From the NCBI RefSeq assembly GCF_963921235.1, contig NC_086103.1:19220001-19284000 (forward strand): a stretch of DNA of 64,000 nt. Direction: 5' to 3'. This document shows positions 61,438 through 64,000 of this stretch, in pieces. The notes below the pieces were generated by a model that ran no database searches, was not told where the DNA came from, and saw nothing but the letters and a program-made list of their open reading frames with translations. The DNA is from Mobula hypostoma. Taxonomy: Eukaryota. Both the position numbers and the translations under genes were made by a program. The first letter of the stretch is position 1; each line of letters opens with the position of its first letter.

Positions 61438-61498
61438 TTTGGGTGAAACCAGACTGAAGGAGCGAAACAAATAAACTGAATATCACAAGAGAGCACAT
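61438..61498 (-). CDS. IgSF receptor copy B, leader exon (MCSLVIFSLFVSLLQSGFTQ)
   Basis: Paralogue of 12993-13053, with the ATG and GTAAGT donor conserved. Confidence 0.8.
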
Positions 61499-62769
61499 TT
61501 TGCTGCAGCCAGTTTAAAACTTCATTTCACAGGTTCCATCTCTTTCCCTGTCGTGTAGATCCAGACTTCTGAAACGACCCGAAGTAAATCTGGAGTGGAT
61601 TTAGTCAATGTTTTTAAAACCTCGGAGTCTGAAGGAAAGAAAAACTGAACATATTGCTCATTACAGTTGCAAACTGTAACTGTTCACAGACACACCCTCT
61701 TCCTACTCATTTCATTTCCAAAGAAAATGACAGCATTGCTTTTGTTCCTCTTTCAGTTGTGAGAATACTAAAGAACAGCACTCTTGTTAAAATTGTCCCA
61801 CAATGTTACAATTTGCACTGCTCAGGAACTAATCAATTTGATGTAACTGAGGATTTGAAGTCAGAGAAATTATTATATTCTTATGTCTGCCCCATGTGTT
61901 GATCACATCTACATGATAACATCATGTTGTGGAATGAGTATCAGCAAGTCCCAACAAACACTTGCTGACAGTTGACATTATCAGAAAATCGAATGAACCA
62001 GCCAAATGGCCAATGGACCAGATCAGAGCAGGATGTTGTGAGGAGGTGGGCAGTGAGGTCTCATGCTTCTCTTATTCTCTGACATTGACAGTGTATGTGA
62101 GAGATATAAAGTAATGTTCTCTAATTGAATGGAAATGTGAGGCTCTAACAACAAAAGACACTCACTGATATCCAGAATAGATTGGCAGCCGGGAAGAGAT
62201 GCCTATTGATGCTCTCAGATACTGATTCCTTTCTCTGTTGGTTCACTGTAGACTTATGGTCCCACCATATATAAGATGATATGACAACAGCGTCACCTGG
62301 TTTCTCCAACAGCACCCTGGAATCCAGCGTTCTCCACTGACATGAAAGCAATATGGACAGCAAGGAACAGCATGATCTTCATCTCATTCATGGACTAGAT
62401 GGGCCGAAGGGCCTGTTTCTGTGCTGTACTCTCACGACTCTGTGACTCGGTCCATGCTTACATGCACATTCATTATTCGTCTGTCATCATTGTTGACATG
62501 AATTTCAAAACCTGTTACTCAACGATGCTGGTGTCATCCCCATTTCAAATCTCTCCAGGAGATCCGACGATGCTCAAAGCACAAAAGTCTTAAACAGTCT
62601 GCCCAGTGTACAATGTCAGTTTTGCCTTTTGAAAGGCACCTTGCAGCTGATTAACATCCAGTTAATGAATATACAGGCTTTTATCCTACAAGCTGATGAC
62701 CACGTACGATGAAATGACAGGTAGGGACCTGGGCTCTGGACAGATCAGTGCCTGCTCCAGCAGTACCAG

Positions 62770-63960
62770 TCTCATTTAACAGTTAATTGGCCCTTTCTGA
62801 AAACAATGGTAGAGTAAGGGAAACTGTGTTATGTGAAGAAGGAGGACATCTTTGATATCCGGAAAGGAAAGCCTCACCCTGGGAACAGATGGAGTCAAAA
62901 GAACTGAGAAGAGGGAAAAGCATTTTTATAGGAGTCAGGGTGGGAAGAGATGTAGACAAGTTAACTGTGGGTATTGGGAGGTTTATAAAGGTGTCGGTCG
63001 ACAGTTTGTTTCCAGCGAAGCAGACAGATTGTGAAAGGAGATGGATGTCAGAAATGGACCAAGTGAATTTTAGAGCAGGGTGAAAGTTGGTGTCAAGGTT
63101 GATGAAATTGACGAGCTCAGCATGGGTGCATGAAGCAGCACCATTACAGTGTTCAGTGTAGCGGAAGGAGAAGTGGGGAGCATTACTTGGGGAAGGCTTG
63201 GATCGTGGTCTCTTCGACTTAGTCAAGGAAAAGTCAGGCATAGCAGGGCCTCATGTGGGTGCCCATGGCTCACCCCCGAGTCTGCAGAAAATGGTGAAGT
63301 TGAAGGAAAATTGTTATGGGTGAGGATCAGTTCTAACGGACGGGGTAGAGTGGTGTTGGAAGGGAACTGGTTGGTTGTTTTATTAAGACAGAAGAGGAAA
63401 GCTTTAACATCTCCTTGATGGGACATAGAAGTCTATAGGCACTGGACACCCATGATGCAAATGAGGATGTCAGGACCTGGAAATTCAAAGTTAGTTAGGA
63501 GAATGAGAGCATAGGAAGCGTCATGGAGGTAGGTGAAGGGATTGAACTTGGGGGGAGAGAATAGAATTTGTATATGAGGAACGTTCAATGAGGCAGGAGC
63601 AAGCAGGGACAAAGGGCTTACCTGTATGGTCGGGTTTGTGGATTTTGGGTAGTAGGTAGAAGCGAGCAGTGTGGGGTAAGTAAGCTATGAGTTTGGTGGC
63701 AGCGGATGTGAGTTCTCCCAAGTTGATGGAGTCACTTTTCCAGAGTGGGGTCCTCTTCAAGGGTAGGTAAGAAGAAGTGTCTGAGAGTTGCCCCCTGGCC
63801 TCAGGATGTAGACTCAATCAGCCAAACCACAACAGCACCCCCTCTGCCAGTTGGTTTTATAGTAAATTTGAGATTGGTACGGAGAGCGGAGAGCAGTGCA
63901 TTCTGAGGTAAAATGTTGGAGGAGGAGAGAAGAGTGCTGAATTTGAGATGGTTGATGTCT
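62770..63960 (-). mobile_element. Decayed Penelope-like RT fragment
   Basis: FRYTEHCNGAASCTHAELVNFIN...FHPALKFTWSIS, where the YIDD motif has degenerated, with frameshifts. Confidence 0.8.
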
Positions 63961-64000
63961 CATCAGGAAATCAAAATTAAATGATCCAGGGCAGTCAGAG

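Larger units (their letters stand above)
48362..64000. repeat. Segmental/tandem duplication, copy B (runs off the window end)
   Basis: Collinear with 1-14265, plus about 1.3 kb extra at 62655-63976. Confidence 0.97.

Noticed and set aside
1775-61498. Naming the genes CD4, LAG3 or LY6G6F
   Set aside because: The architecture is similar, but the Cys-less D1, YxC in D2, TM lysine and tandem duplication do not fit a confident orthology call without a phylogeny or synteny.

Overview
Repeat-rich vertebrate genomic DNA, probably from a cartilaginous fish (inferred from the HE1/V-SINE, CR1, Rex1 and Penelope repeat content). The window holds two tandem paralogues of a minus-strand, multi-exon immunoglobulin-superfamily receptor gene. 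Positions 1-14265 align with 48362-64000, a period of about 48.4 kb. From canonical, phase-compatible splice sites I assembled leader + D1 (V-like, no cysteines) + D2 (C2-like) + D3 (V) + D4 (C2-like, WxC). For copy B I also found a transmembrane exon carrying a lysine, giving 459 codons up to that point. This V-C2-V-C2 layout resembles the CD4/LAG-3/G6F-like family, but orthology cannot be assigned from the sequence alone, and the cytoplasmic exons are unresolved. The paralogues are a mosaic: a nearly identical 5.5-kb tract contains D1, while D2 and the promoter have diverged. Between them lies a young 4.9-kb Gmr1-like LTR element (858-bp LTRs, 4-bp TSD). Its single open 968-aa ORF has an intact Gag and protease fused to catalytically gutted integrase and RT remnants. 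The rest is decayed LINEs, SINEs, MITEs, solo LTRs and minisatellites. All alignments and difference counts were done by eye.
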